From Felis catus (lineage: Eukaryota), in assembly GCF_018350175.1 (NCBI RefSeq), contig NC_058368.1, positions 33,172,001 to 33,236,000 on the forward strand: 64,000 nucleotides of DNA. Direction: 5' to 3'. This document shows positions 26,317-39,943 of the stretch, piece by piece. The position numbers and the translations under genes were made by a program. The notes beneath the pieces were generated by a model. It was not told where the DNA came from. It saw only the letters and a program-made list of their open reading frames with translations, and did no database searches. Position 1 is the stretch's first letter; each line of letters starts with the position of its first letter.

Positions 26317-26585
26317 CAAAAATATCTCTCTGATTTGTTCTCATCTCCTGGTACATGATATGGCTAGTTTGGTTTCCCTTCTGGACCAAAATATGGAAAC
26401 ACTTAGATGTTTTTGGAATAATTCAATTCTTCCACAATTTTTAGGTATGCCTGTCCTTATTCTGGGGCCTCCTTGAACAGTTGATTTATTATAAATACAT
26501 TGATTTTTCCTTGAACAATGACTGCTACAAATCTCTTAAATAGCCAGCCCTTACCACTTGTTCTTGTCTTTTAAAATTATCGTTC

Positions 26586-27102
26586 TATACCATTTATCTA
26601 CTGCTTTGTAACAAGCCACAAAAAAAATCTTAGTACCTTAAACAACAAAAATGTCATTGTAAAAAAAAAAAATGAATCTTCAATTTGAGCAAGGTTCTGT
26701 GGTGACAGGTCATGCATGCTCCATTTGGCATGATCTGGGTTGGTCCAAAGATGAAAGGGGAGAAATCACTTGAATTCTAGTTCACTCACATGTCTAGTGG
26801 TTGAAGCTGACTACCATTGGGACTTAGCCAGGAGTGTCAGCTGGAATATTTACACATGACCTTTTCATATTTCCTCACTACATGGCAAATTGACCCAGGG
26901 TGAACATCCCAAGAGACAACCATGTGGAGGCTCTATGCTATTATATAACCTAGACTCGGTGTCTTGCAGTGTCAACCTCGCCATATTCTACTTTTCAGAA
27001 GCTTGTTATTAAACCTGGCCCACATTCAAATCAATGGAAGTCAGATTTTATCTTCTGATGAAATGTCAAATACTTTGTGGATATGTTTTTAAAAGCACCG
27101 TA
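26586..27102 (-). mobile_element. MaLR solo LTR (MLT1F-like)
   Basis: 'ctactgctttgtaacaagccac...cttagtaccttaaacaaca...ttcactcacatgtctagtggttga...ctggcccacattcaa...tttgtggatatgtttttaaaagcacc'. Confidence 0.85.
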
Positions 27103-28213
27103 ACGGAGATCTATGTGGGACTTCATATAGTTATAATATTCCAAACTTTCTCAGAAAGATATTTTTTTGACCTCCCATATCCTTGTGGCAGGTCCTTGTG
27201 TGTATTTTTTTCAATCTGGTCCAATTAACACTGCCATAAATTATTTTTCAGAATTTGTCTGATGTAATTATCTTATTTCTACCTCCGTTGATGGTTTTTA
27301 TATTTTACTTTCATCTGGGCTTAATTTGGTGGCACATTATTGAAAATATGAGAGTGATACAGCAGTGGGTGAAACCAACTATGCTCTTACTATACTTGTC
27401 TCTGTCCTTTAGAAAGGCCCTCTACCTTTGGATATTCTCTTTTGGTTAATTTCTCACTCATATGTCATATTGTTCTGTTAGTATTTCAAGGAAGACTATG
27501 TCACTCGTGACGAATATGAAATGTCTTCAGATCTAAGAGTGCCATTCTATTAGCATTTCCCATGCATAATGACATAATTTGGTATAGAATTTAGTGGTTG
27601 TATATTTTTTTCTGAAAATTTTGGTATTGCTTTCTGCTACTTACTAATATGCAGAAGCTGAGTGAGTCCTTATTTTCTTTCCAAATAATAAACACATAAC
27701 TTACGCTTTCTTAAATTGACTTTTTTTTGTTTTTTCCTACATGTTACACAATTATTTTAAACATATTGCTTCATAAAATGCACTGAAAACTTGAATTCTA
27801 TACTTCAGTCCATGTTTAATTTCAAAAATATCTTCATTAGGTATCTGAATATTTTCAATCCTTCATATTCCTTATTTTATTCTTCTGGATTTGCCACTAA
27901 CTATTGTGTCTCCTAGATATGTCAGTAACTTTTATATTTGTGCAGCCTCTTTAAACGTTAATTTTCTGATATATTTATATCCTCCTTTTGGTTATAATAA
28001 TTTTTCATAATCTCAATTGTGGATCTTTAAGAATATGCTGTTTATTTCTTATTTGAAAAGCAGCACAGCATAGAAGTTTAAGGTAGATATTTTTTTGTTT
28101 GCTTCCCCATGTCTACTCTCCACTCTTAATGTCTGTGCCCCGGGCAGCTGAACTTAAGGATTTCTTGGTTCTTTTGTTCTGTCGATTTTACTTGAGTTTG
28201 GAGAGGAGATTTA

Positions 28214-28855
28214 CAGTCAGTTTTTCTGAAACATGATAAATATCTTCGTAATTCCTACTGCTTTAGGTAAAATTATGCAGTTAAAACCATAGTGCTAATG
28301 AGAAAAATGGGTATAACATTCCAAACTTCAACAGTGATACATTTAAAAACCTACATTAAAAGAAAAACAGAAATCTCATAAAAATGGTGGCACAGTTTTC
28401 CACATTTTCTTAAATGGTTAAGAAATGTATAAACACTACAATGAATATGGCCCTTTAAGAAATGCATAAATGCTACAATAAATATGGCCCTTTCTATTGA
28501 AAAAGACCCAACGTTTGCTTATGGAAGTGGATATAGAAGAGCTGTAAATTGGGAGTTATTGTGAAGTAGGCAAAAGAGTTATCTGAAATGGGAAAGAAAG
28601 TTGTAACACCAGATGTAGGTGTCGTGGCTTCTATCACATGCAATGAACTGAAGTCGCTGAGAGGTACCGAAGTGCTTGAGATGTTTGTATCGGTTTGTTT
28701 GCATGCCCCTACACTGCTCCATTCACCCAGGCACAGTCTTCTGTGTTTACCTAGTGTTTCTCGCAAAGAAATTCTTACCTAAGCATATGAAACATCTCCT
28801 GTTTTATCAGTTGCATTGAAACAAGTTCCCCCTTTCTAAAGAAGTATGGTATTTA
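28214..28855 (-). mobile_element. Tigger8-like TcMar DNA transposon fossil
   Basis: Starts TA|cagtcag; internal 'gttatctgaaatgggaaagaaagttgtaacaccagatgt' and 'tttacctagtgtttctcgc' match the reverse of the recalled Tigger8 consensus. Confidence 0.8.
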
Positions 28856-29130
28856 CCTGGCTCTTTCCTTGTGTGATTACAGGCTGTGAGTTCTGTGTTG
28901 CTCTACTACGTCCCCAGATCCTTCAACGAAGCCTTCTTTCCTCCATTATAGCAAGTGTTATAGCTGCTTCTGGGCTGCAGTCATCCCTGTCATCTTGTCC
29001 CTTCTGGACCGAGGGAGATAAAGTTTTGCGATGATCCCTTGCTAGTTCTCCCCAGTCCTTCTCGCGTGTCTTTGATCAGTCCCCTCATAAACTTGTGCCA
29101 TTAACACATTTGATTGCACCATCTGTTTTC

Positions 29131-29348
29131 TTTTTTTAATGTTTTTTAAACGTTTATTTATTTTTGGGACAGAGAGAGACAGAGCATGAACGGGGGAGGG
29201 TCAGAGAGAGGGAGACACAGAATCTGAAACAGGCTCCAGGCTCTGAGCTGTCGGCACAGAGCCCATGCGGGGCTCGAACTCACGGACCGCGAGATCATGA
29301 CCTGAGCCGAAGTCGGCCGCTTAACCGACTGAGCCACCCAGGCGCCCC
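29131..29348 (-). mobile_element. Young CAN-SINE
   Basis: CpG-rich; TSD accatctgttttc on both sides. Confidence 0.97.
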
Positions 29349-29429
29349 AATACCATCTGTTTTCAAAAGGAATTCTTACTGACACAGGTGAAATACAGAC
29401 CTTAGGTAGCTCTGGTTTATTATTGGTTT

Positions 29430-29617
29430 ATTCAATAACCAGCTGTATAACTGGGCAAGTTATTTAGTCATTCTGAAATCCCATTTCCTCGTCTGTAAGA
29501 TGGAAATTATGGTGGAACTTACCTCATAGGATCATTTAAAGTTTTAAAAGAGATAATACATTAAACTGCTTAATGTAATGCCTGACATGTAGTATGTCTC
29601 AAGCATTGACAGTATTA
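29430..29617 (+). mobile_element. MIR SINE relic
   Basis: 'accagctgtataactgggcaagttattta...catttcctcgtctgtaagatgg...cttacctcatagg...gcctgacatgtagta'. Confidence 0.85.
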
Positions 29618-29719
29618 CATAGCATACTTTCTTTATAGAATCTAATTCAAACTAAATATACATAAATAATACAACATTACTGCTTACAAGAACTTTCCAT
29701 CTTAATTTTGAGAATGGTT

Positions 29720-30400
29720 TTGTATAATGCTGGTAAGGGACACTATTTCTTCTTCTTGCATAATTGCTACTTAACGGTATTTCTGATCTTATATTATTTT
29801 TCTCATTAAAATGTCTCATCATTCACCACATCCAGAAGACATAATTTGAGAATCACCCCTGACAATATTTCCAAAATTACAAATTCTGTCATTTCTGCTT
29901 TCTTAATTTTATTGTAACTACATTTCTCTCCATCCTCATTTGTTAGTATTTAGCCTAGGGCCTCATCAAGTTGCACCTAACATGCTAAACAGTGCCTTAA
30001 CTATTCTCTTTCTAAACAGTCTTACCAAATGAATTATTGACCACATTGTGAGAAAAGAAATTTTGCAGTGTGAACCTAGATATGCAAGCATTCATTTATT
30101 CATTCAAGCATTCATTTACTTATTATCTTTCCAACTGTATTAAGATATAACATTTTGTTAGATTAAAATATACACTGTGATAATTTGACACACATATGCT
30201 GTAAATTGATAACCACAATACGATTATTTTTTTTTAAGTAATTGTGTTAAGTGAAATCTTTTATAAGGAAACTTGTAATGACTTCCAATTGCCTTCAGGA
30301 TAAAATCTAAAATTTTAGTATTCATGGACCACAAAGCTCTTTGTCATTCAGAGCTCTCTCAGAAAATAAGCAAGCAATTCCCTGTGCCTAGGATATTCTC
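29720..30400 (+). mobile_element. L2 relic fragments
   Basis: 'ttctctccatcctcatt...gcctagggcctcatcaagttgcacctaa' and 'cttccaattgccttcaggataaaatctaaa'. Confidence 0.5.
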
Positions 30401-30758
30401 AGCCCTACAACCCTGCCTACCCAGCAACTGTATGTATTCATTTAGCAAATATCAATTAAAAATCTCAGTTCAATTATCATATCAGTTATTGAGTATGTTA
30501 AATACCTTCAATGAGTTATTTTCTGTCTTTCCCCCACCCCACTGATGGGTTGGCATAAAAAAAAAATCATGCTTTATTTTGCCTTTTTCTTCTTTCAGAT
30601 AATCTCTAGAAAAGTTTCGCTAGGTGGATTTTGCTCCAGACATCCCCTGTATCTTATTTGTAGGAGAAAGTTGAAAGTGAAAATGTGTGCAGCAGAATCT
30701 TCTGGGTAACTGGGACTTTTTTTGAATAAGAACAGAATGGAATATATATGTGTGTGTG

Positions 30759-30840
30759 TATATCTATATCTATATCTATCTATATCTATATCTATATCTA
30801 TATCTATATCTATATCTATATCTATATCTATATCAATATC
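30759..30840. repeat. (TATATC)n hexanucleotide microsatellite
   Basis: Directly visible, about 13 units. Confidence 0.95.
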
Positions 30841-31269
30841 AATCTCCATGTCAGGTCTGTCTTGACCAACGTGGACTTAGCATGAAAGTAGAGATAAGAA
30901 GTAGAAAAGTTAAGGATAGAGTTAGCATACTGGATGGATTAGATTTAGGATGTGAACCAAAGTGAATGATTAAAAGTAAGTCCTGGATTTGTGGTCTGAT
31001 TATCTGAGAAGATGGCATTTATATTTTCTGAGAGGGAGAAAAACAGGATACAAACATACTATAAATCATATCCATCCAGCACTCTTTTTTTGGCTTATCT
31101 TTCATTTAGTTTGTGTTTATGGCATCCCTCCTTTGATTTTTTATCTTCAGAACTCCACAGTATTTGTGACCTCTTCTTTCTCATTCTCATCCACTTAGGT
31201 TTTATGTAGAGGTCCTGCTGTCTGTCTTTTTTTTTTTTTCCTGCTGTTTGTCTTTTGCTTTTAAGATTC

Positions 31270-31436
31270 CTCATTCTTAAATTTTAATGTGCATACAAAT
31301 CAGCTCAAAAGCTGGTTACAATACAGATTCCAAACCAGTAAGTATGAGCCAGGACCTGAAATTCTGTACTTCTTGTGAGATCCGAAGTGAGACTGATGAT
31401 ATTGATTCGGGTGAGACGGATGTGTTGGAGTAATAA
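31270..31436. mobile_element. MER5-family hAT MITE (diverged)
   Basis: 'ttcttaaattttaatgtgcatacaaatca...cagattcc...cagtaagtatgagccaggacctgaaattctg'. Confidence 0.65.
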
Positions 31437-33739
31437 GACGTCAGATCAAAAGGAAGTAATCCAAAGTGTCATATACTACAGTTGTAAATCTGAAATACGG
31501 TAACATTGTGTCTAGCTGTACAATTACTTCTTACTGATAAAAATAATTTCAGGCAACAAATAGGAGATGAAAGGTTTTAGTGGAGCTCCTGAAACTATCC
31601 AAAAATACTCCATAAAAAAATTGTTTTCCACATGGTTGTCTGCTCCATTAGATAGCCTTTGTGAAATGAACTTGAAGTTATTTACCACACTGCATACACT
31701 TGGCCACAAATATACATTTAGTAAGATAGTAAGTACATAGGTGTTTTTTCTAATATTTTATGCTCTAAAAACAATCTATCAAAGGCTCACTTTGGATGGC
31801 CATGTTCAACCATAGTGAGTAAACTGTGTGTAACCAACACCCCCTGCCTATCCAACAGAGGAGCACAGCAGGCTCGAGTCAGTATCTGTGGGCACAAAGG
31901 AAAGAAAAAAGAGGTTCAAGCTCAGCAATTTAGGATAGAGTAAAATAATGCCTACTATACTCAACTGATTTCAAGTTAATGATTTAATTAATTGCACACT
32001 TTATTAAACAATTGTAACACGGTGAGCTAACATTATTTCCCCTTATTAATGTGTTGTATGTTTTACATGAAATATTTAATGCTTGCAATCATCTAAAGTA
32101 AGGATTTTTATTTTTTCCATTTGCTAATTAATTGTCTTAAGATAACACAGTTAGGAACTGGTAGAAGCCAGAATGTAGTTCAAGTATACTTGACTCCAAA
32201 GCAAATTCATTGTACTTGTAATCTCTCTATCCTTTTCTTACCTCATTTATATTGGTGATCTTCTATAGATGTGCTACACATAAGAAGAGCATATAAAATG
32301 GAAAGTGATGTAGATATTTCACAATCTGGAATCTTGTTTAGCATTGGAAGCTTGTGAATATTAAAACTTGTGCATTTATTTTGTCTGATTCATTAACTTT
32401 GAATCTGTCTTGTCTTTCTAAGACAAATATTGTGGAGTTTAAGTAAATTATTGTGATAAAATACTTTAAGTGACATTATTAGCAAATGTGTGTTTAGGTT
32501 CCCTATTCTTAGAGCACAGTTTCACAGAAAGTAAGGCAGCGATTATTTTGCAATTCCAATCATTAGATGCCCAAAAATCTATGTTGGCATATCCAAGTCT
32601 GTAATTCATTCCATATAATGCTAAATTGAGTGTGTTAAAGTAAATACCTTGAACCTTCATCACAAAAATTGAAAAAACAAACCCAAGAAGCTCATATTTA
32701 TGTTTTAAAGTAATTCATTAATCAGAAAATTTGGTTGATTCTATTGTATTTTTCTCCCACTTACAGATCATATTAAAAAATAGCTGACTGAGGTAACACA
32801 GATAAAACTTGATTCATTTTGCCATATTTTGTATTCTCCTGACTCAAAATTATAGCTTAAAAAGCAGGCAACCCTATATAACATAATTATTTAATTACTA
32901 CTGGCACAGGAAAACTAAATCATTAATATTCTATCTGTAAAAAAATCAAATTTATGAGAGTAATTGGCAAGTAATTTTGGTGATCTCTGTTTATGAAAAT
33001 TACTTAAACATTTTAATTTTATACATACAAATATATATATGTAGGTATCGTGGGTATGTATGAAAGAGTAGAATCATAAATGTGTTCTATCTTCTGAGAT
33101 ATTACTAATTTTAAACTGCTTTTTTTCTTTGTCCTTTGCAAGTTATGTTTCTGCTCTGTCCATTGAAGAGATAAGCTAATTAGTCTTCTCCCCTTGTATT
33201 ATATTGGAACACATCATACCATAATTGTATATGCCGAGATACTAATTATATTAGCTAGACTTCTTACTGATTATATTTCCTGCCCCCTCCAAGATACTTA
33301 TCTGTATTTGTTTATGATTTAAATTAATGCTGTTTCCTTAGATGCTCATCATTTGTAGCAAGAGTCCCCCACCCCCACCATAGATTCACAAAATGGCTCT
33401 AAACACCAGGGAGATGATTTAATAAAATATTTCTATAACCTCATTGAAAAGATGGAATGGATTGAAAAACATATAGCAGACAAAAGAAAAAATATTATGT
33501 GGGAAGAAAGTTAAATCATGTTGTAAAGTTCATCTTCCTATTTGCACTCCTATGTTTTTTTCACACAAAAGAGAAGTTGGAGCCATATAGTATCATGGCA
33601 ACCTCATCCTTTGTGGTAGAGTGGATGTCTTAAAGTCCAGTCTATCATTTATTTATTTAACCAGCCATTTCTTTACTCTATAAATAGTATTTGAATCCCT
33701 GTTATCTTAGGCATTATGTGAAGAACTGATGATATGTGG

Positions 33740-34333
33740 TCTCTTAGTTCAGGTTACTGTAACAAAAACACTTTAGATTAAGTGACTTAAACAGCAAATA
33801 TTTGTTTCTCATGTTTGTAGAGGCTGGATACAAGTGTCTTTGGGTTCTTTGTGAAGGCCCTCTTTTTTTCTTTTTTTTTTTACTGTTTATTTGTGAGAGA
33901 GAGACAGACAGACACAGAGTATGAGTGGGGAGGGACAGACAGAGAGGGAGACTCAGAATCCAAAGCAGGCTCCAGGCTCTGAGCAGTTAGCACAGAGCCC
34001 TATGCAGGGCTTGAACTCACAAGCCACGAGATCATGACCTGAGCCGGAGTTGGATGTTCAACTGACTGAGCCACCCAGGCACCCCTTTGTGAAGGCCCTC
34101 TTTCTGGTTTATACATGGCCACCTTCTTGCTGTATCCTCAGTGATACAGAGATCTCATGTCTCTTATACTATAAAGTACTTATAAGGCCACTAATTCCAT
34201 CGTGAGGGTTTCACCCCTCATGAACTCATCCAAATCCAATTACCTCCAAAAGCTTCACCTCCAAATACTATCACATTGGAATTAGTGTTTAACATATGAA
34301 CAGGACAGGGACACAAACATTCAGCCCATAGCA
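33740..34333 (-). mobile_element. MaLR solo LTR (MLT1A/A0-like) containing a CAN-SINE
   Basis: 'actgtaacaaaaaca...acttaaacagcaaatatttgtttctca...ccactaattccatcgtgagggtttcaccctcatga...ctccaaatactatcacattgg...gacacaaacattcagcccatagca'. Confidence 0.9.
33866..34085 (-). mobile_element. CAN-SINE
   Basis: Perfect 18-bp TSD tttgtgaaggccctcttt (33848-33865, 34086-34103). Confidence 0.97.
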
Positions 34334-35930
34334 AGGACTAAGGAAAAGCCAAGCACCCACCCTTCTGAGATTTACAGATGAATGCACGAGACAGGCATTT
34401 GGCAAATTTCCTCATATGTGTGTACATACACATACATGTGAAACCACAACTACACAAAGGAGAATTTTCAATGCTCTTGAAACACATTTAGAAACAATTG
34501 ACATTTTTAGGGGCTCACTGAAAGGTGAGTTAAAGAAATTGATCTGAAAATTTAGGTCTGAAGTGAAAGAGAGGTATCTAAGAGAAAGGCATGTGTAGTA
34601 GAAAGGAAAGAGTCTTTTCTGAGCAGAGAATCCACTCTGACAGAAGGCCTATGTGGAGGAAGCATGGGGAGGGTTATTATAGGAGCTGAAGCAAGATCAC
34701 TGAAGTTGTAGAAAAAGGAAATAAAGAGAGAAAGCAAATGAGAAGAAATTTGTTGAAGAAGTAGGCAGGGATCCGTCTGTGAAGAATATTCTGGAACATC
34801 TTATGGATTCAGAGCAACAAGAAGCTACTCAAGTGCTTTAAACTCTTGCGGATGGAGCACTGGGAAGAAACAGATTTAAATAAGGTTATTTTAATTTTTT
34901 TTTTTTTTTTAGATAATTAAGCTAGATGCAGAATAGAAAACAGGCTGCAGTAAGGGAGACACTAAGAGATCCAAAGACATGGATTATCTAGTTAATTGCA
35001 ATAGACAAATTGTTGATAAAAAAAATTCTTGATCTTAGTGATGGGATGGATTTTTTATTCACTGAATGCCTCTGTTCACTATGCTGTCTTTTTAGTATAT
35101 GATACTTGGATGTTAGGAAGTACATGGAAGTAAGTCTTTCATACGACTTATATTCTAATAGGAGAAACCTGGTAACCAATGAATAAATTAAAAATAAAAG
35201 TATGTATTAGGGAAATTACTACTATGGAGAAGAATAAAGGGAAAGGAGAGAGAGTAATGATGGGGGAAAGGCTATTCTAGGTAGAATGTTCTGGAGAAAT
35301 CCTTTCAGATGAGAAAACATAAAAACTGAGTATGCCATGCAGCACAGCCAGGGAAAAGGCTCTAGAGAAATCAAGAAGGGAAAATAGTTTAAAAGAGAGT
35401 GTCTGAGGATATATGAGGTCGTAGTAGAAAAGTATGATGCACACCTCAGTAAGGAACTTAAAAGACGTTTTGAAAGATGTATATTTGATTTACAGAAACC
35501 AATGTTCTGTCAGTTGATTAGTAAACTTACCTTAGCGTTAGCTAAATGGTAAAATCTATATTAACCACATCAGCGTTGACATTTGTAGGGCAGTTCCAAT
35601 AGAGCCACAAAATGATCTATAGAAATAACCAAAAATAAGCAAGCAAGCAAACAATAAAAACCAGAAATGTTAGGAAGCAAGATAATATACTATTAAGAAT
35701 GTGAATTGATTGTGACATAGAAATTCTATTGTCAGTACAGACAATTTTTAGTTGTGGTTCATTTAACAAATTATTTAAACTCTTGGTCTTAATTTTTCAC
35801 AATGCATCAATGGGAATAACAGTAACTACTTTCTATAGTTGAGGTAGATTATAGAATTATATAATCTTGATTATATAATCTTGAGCAACTCAAACTTTAC
35901 TCATCTTGCTGTTCTCATTTCCACGGAAAA

Positions 35931-36207
35931 CAGGTAGATTATCTTTTATCCCAAACCCTTGGGGCTACATATATTTCAGAATTCAATTTTATTTTGCTTG
36001 TTCCCCAAGCTAGATATATAAAATGGCCCCAACATGATCTGTAACAGCAAACATATCCCTACCTTGTAATGACATGAATTTTCAAACCGGTCTGTCAGTT
36101 TGCCACATCAGTTCAGGTCAGTTTTGCTGCCTAGAGTGTGGTAAGAAAAATTTAAATTTGAGGAGATTTTTGTATCTCACTACTATGTTTAAGAAGTTAC
36201 GGACCTG
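35931..36207. mobile_element. TcMar-Tigger MITE (MamRep434-like)
   Basis: caggt...ttatcccaaacccttggggc...tcagaattc...catcagttcaggtcagttttgctgcc...ggacctg|ta. Confidence 0.75.
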
Positions 36208-37367
36208 TAGTAAGACTCACATAGTCTTTCTTTCTAGGAAACTTCAGTCAACTAGAATACTGTATATAAAAATACATTCAAAATTTTAAAGAACCCAGCA
36301 AATCTGAATTAATGGTGCAGCTTCCAATTAAAGCATTGTTGCCAAGAGGCTACCCTAAAGTCATCATAAAGCATTTTTTGTCATTCCCCATTAATAATTG
36401 TCCTTATTCATAAATGGAATCTAGTTCTGAATAAAGGGTTCTTTTTTCCTTTAGGACAAACACCCCAAAAAGAGGACCAGAGACCAGAATATATATTAAT
36501 ATGATTCTATTGATTAGTCCATACACATTGTATTCATGCATTTCTTCCACATTCTAGAAAAATTTTTTATCATGATGGATTCAGTCCCTATTTTATCTCT
36601 TTATAAGCATTGACAATAAGCAGTGACTAGTTCTTGTCCTTTTATATCCTATATAACAAGTGCTATTTTGCATCTTCAGATTTGTTAATAAGGTATTATG
36701 ATACTGGAAATTGGTCATGATTGGCACATTATATAAGAATTTCTTCTTTTCACTCTTTGAGTTTAGTGTATTTTTATATCCCAAATACTGAAACCTGTAA
36801 ATCACTACTTTAGTCCTTAGGCTACACAAAAAATGATAGAGGAAAGTTTTCTTCATATTATGAAATTCTGTGCCACATAAACATTTTACAAGGCTCTTAG
36901 GAAGTATGGCTACCATACTTGTTACCTGTAGGGTTGATTAAATCTTTATCTCTACAAGTTGTATGTGCTTATTCTCACTTTTTTCTTTTCTTTTGTTTTT
37001 TGTTTGTTTGTTTTTTCATTTCACAACAGCCTTTGACCTATAATATACTGACCTTCATGATGGGTTTATAGGGAATCGATCAGGCTGGAACAAAACTAAA
37101 ATATAGAAGAGTATTCATTATATTATATTGGTTAAGCCCGGAAGGCATGACAAGTAAAATACAGCTGATTGATTCTGACCTTTAAAGTATTTTGTATGTA
37201 AAATACACACATTCTATAATGCCATGTGTTTACCACTAAAACTGAATTCAAAGCTTAATGATACTGAGCATAGACTGCTGTTTTTGCTTTTTTTAAGATT
37301 ATTTTCTTTCACGCTCCCCTGTGTGTGTACCAACATATACGTGTATGTCTTAAGTAAAGAAGAACTA

Positions 37368-37539
37368 GAGTGCCTGGGTGATTCAGTTGGTTGAACATTC
37401 AGCTCCTGATTTTGGCTCAGGTCATGATCCCAGGGTCATGGGATAGACCACAGGGTGGCTCCATGCTGAGGGTGGAGCCAGCTTAAGATTCATATTCTCT
37501 CTCTCTCTCCCTCTCTCCCCCTCCATGTCCCCCACTCGT

Positions 37540-37579
<40 letters not shown>

Positions 37580-37601
37580 AAATCAACTAATAAATAAAAA
37601 A
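37368..37601 (+). mobile_element. Older CAN-SINE with long (CT)n
   Basis: gtgcctgggtgattcagttggttgaac...ggctcaggtcatgatcccagggtcatggga. Confidence 0.92.
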
Positions 37602-38449
37602 TGATTTCTTTTTTTTCCCTTCCTTTTGAGGTCTTTTATTCTCCTAACAAATAAACCCCAAGACAAGTTTCTATGGTAAAGCAAAATGGGGCATCTACCT
37701 TCCTGGCAAGATCAGCAAAGTCAATCTGATACCTTAGCCATACTGCCTTCATATCTAATCCTTCAGTCTGAGTCTGTATCAAATTCGTCAATGATAACTA
37801 TTTTAATTTATGGACCCATTCACAAAACTGAATGATCCTACTATATAGAGAAGTGTCATGTCTTTCCTATAAAATAAGTAGCAGATGATGATGATGATGA
37901 GCCAATAAATTTTATTTCAAAATATTGATATTTTATGCTATTAATAATTGACATAGAGCAGCATTGATGCCCTACTGGTGATGATCATTTTAAAAATAAC
38001 CCTTGACAACAGAAGCATATGAATCAACTGCTTGCATGATTCTCATCTCCCAAGCTGTGGCATATCAGAAAACATTTGTGGGTATATATTTTCTTTTGTC
38101 ATTTTGTGGATAGAGATAACTACAACTCAATTACATTTTAGAGGCAAGAATTAATTGCCCAAAATGTTGTTAAGTTTTACCTAGTCAGTCTTAATAAAAT
38201 GATATAATTCAATTAGTGATTTTTATTATACATAGAATAATCCTTCTAATATCTTGCTGATGTTTCTTTGAGGTTCTACAAGATATGTCAATGACTACCA
38301 AAGTTAAATAAAGCCCTAACTTCTTGTGTTTGCAAAGGTATCCATTTGAATATAATATTTGATAATATTTCTAAAGGAGAATTATAGATCCCTGCATTCA
38401 GTTTCTTCTTGCCACTCATGTCTTGGCTAAAAACTTAAGGCATTATGCC

Positions 38450-38867
38450 CATTATGGGCTGAATTATGTATCTTCCAAAATTTTTATGTTCAAGTCCTCC
38501 ACTCCTAGTACCTCAGAATGTGACCATTCTGAAGACCAAATCCTTACATGGGCAATGCAGTTAAAATGAGAACCTTAGAATGGTCCCTAATATAATATGA
38601 TTGGTCGCATTATAAGGAGGGGAACTTTAAACACAGACCTACAGATGGAGGGAGGATGATATAAAGAAATGGGGAGAAGATGATCATCTATAAGCCAAAG
38701 AGAGAGGCCTGAAACAGACCTTCCCCTATGCCTTCACAAGGAACCATCCTTGTGGACACATTGATCTTGGACTTCTTAGCCTCCAGAATTGTGAAGAAAT
38801 AAATTTCTGTTGTTTAAGTTACCCAGTCTGTGGTACTTTGTTATGGCAGCCCTAGAAAACTAATACA
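38450..38867 (+). mobile_element. Complete MaLR solo LTR (MLT1B-like)
   Basis: ttatgggctgaat...gtacctcagaatgtgacc...aataaatttctgttgtttaag...tttgttatggcagccctagaaaactaataca; 5-bp TSD atgcc / atggc. Confidence 0.93.
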
Positions 38868-39719
38868 ATGGCCTTTTCAATTGATATGACTGTTGAATTG
38901 AATTTCTGTTACTCTAAGCATAGGAAAAGATATATCTGCAATAGGCAGTCAGTTAAAGCCAACAATTTCCAGAAATAATAAAGGAGATTAATATCTTAGG
39001 TAATGCCATAGGTGCAGGAGGAAAATGACCAGAAGTGGAAACCATTTATTCCCCTTTAGGCAGCCAGGATGTATTGCTTTTTAATTTTTGCTGTTACATG
39101 TTTAATGAATATGCATTATTATTGAGTGCTTAAAATTAGAAAGGCAGCATGATTTAGTAGATAGGCTGATCACCTAAGTTTTCTAACTACATTTACTCTT
39201 GACTCACTGTAGTGACCTAGTACAAGTCACTTTATCATCATTACCATTATATTATTATCATTATATTTTTATGACTCAGATGAATTTGGTTTGAACTCAT
39301 TATAATAGTATGTTCCTCAGTGGCCTACACATTGCAATAATCTATTATTAGAATAGGAATGTCCTGATGATATTGCATGTATTTTTAAATGCTGATGCTA
39401 AATTGAACAATATCATAAATTTTCAGTTTCATCAAGACAGTCAACCATGTGCTTAGAATTATCAACATTTGCCTTTATTTTAGTTCCTCAGTTCTGGCAT
39501 TTACTTAAATATATTTTTCAAAATTACTTCTAGTTCTAATTGTGTGAGATTAATCCAAGAAAAATTCATTATTTTTCTTTTTCAAAGGAGATATTGACAT
39601 AAATATTATATTTAAATTATCTTGGTGTAACATTAATTAACTAGATATTTTATTTTACTACAAATATTTTCTCTTAGCTAATGTTACTTAATGTATATGT
39701 TTTAAGAATAATGTTTGGA

Positions 39720-39943
39720 GGGGCGCCTGGGTGGCGCAGTTGGTTAAGCGTCTGACTTCAGCCAGGTCACGATCTCGCGGTCCATGAGTTCGAGCCCCGC
39801 GTCGGGCTCTGGACTGATGGCTCAGAGCCTGGAGCCTGTTTCCGATTCTGTGTCTCCCTCTCTCTCTGCCCCTCCCCTGCTCATGCTCTGTCTCTCTCTG
39901 TCCCAAAAATAAATAAACGTTGAAAAAAAATTTAAAAAAAAAA
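39720..39943 (+). mobile_element. Young CAN-SINE
   Basis: CpG-rich; TSD aagaataatgtttg / aagaagaatgtttg. Confidence 0.97.

Larger units (their letters stand above)
28090..29385 (+). mobile_element. LTR33-like ERV-L LTR interrupted by a Tigger element and a CAN-SINE
   Basis: Pieces 28090-28211, 28860-29130 and 29349-29385; 3' end 'tttgattgcaccatctgttttc|aaaaggaattcttactgacaca'. Confidence 0.55.
33650..34900 (-). mobile_element. L2 relic split by MLT1A
   Basis: L2-like terminus 33650-33739 resumes at 34334 ('cacccttctgagatttacag...'). Confidence 0.55.

Noticed and set aside
30595..30965. ORFs with (ID)n and (YL)n repeats
   Set aside because: Translation of the (TATATC)n microsatellite.
36593..36916. 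107-aa ORF
   Set aside because: Composition reflects AT-rich background; no recognisable domain.
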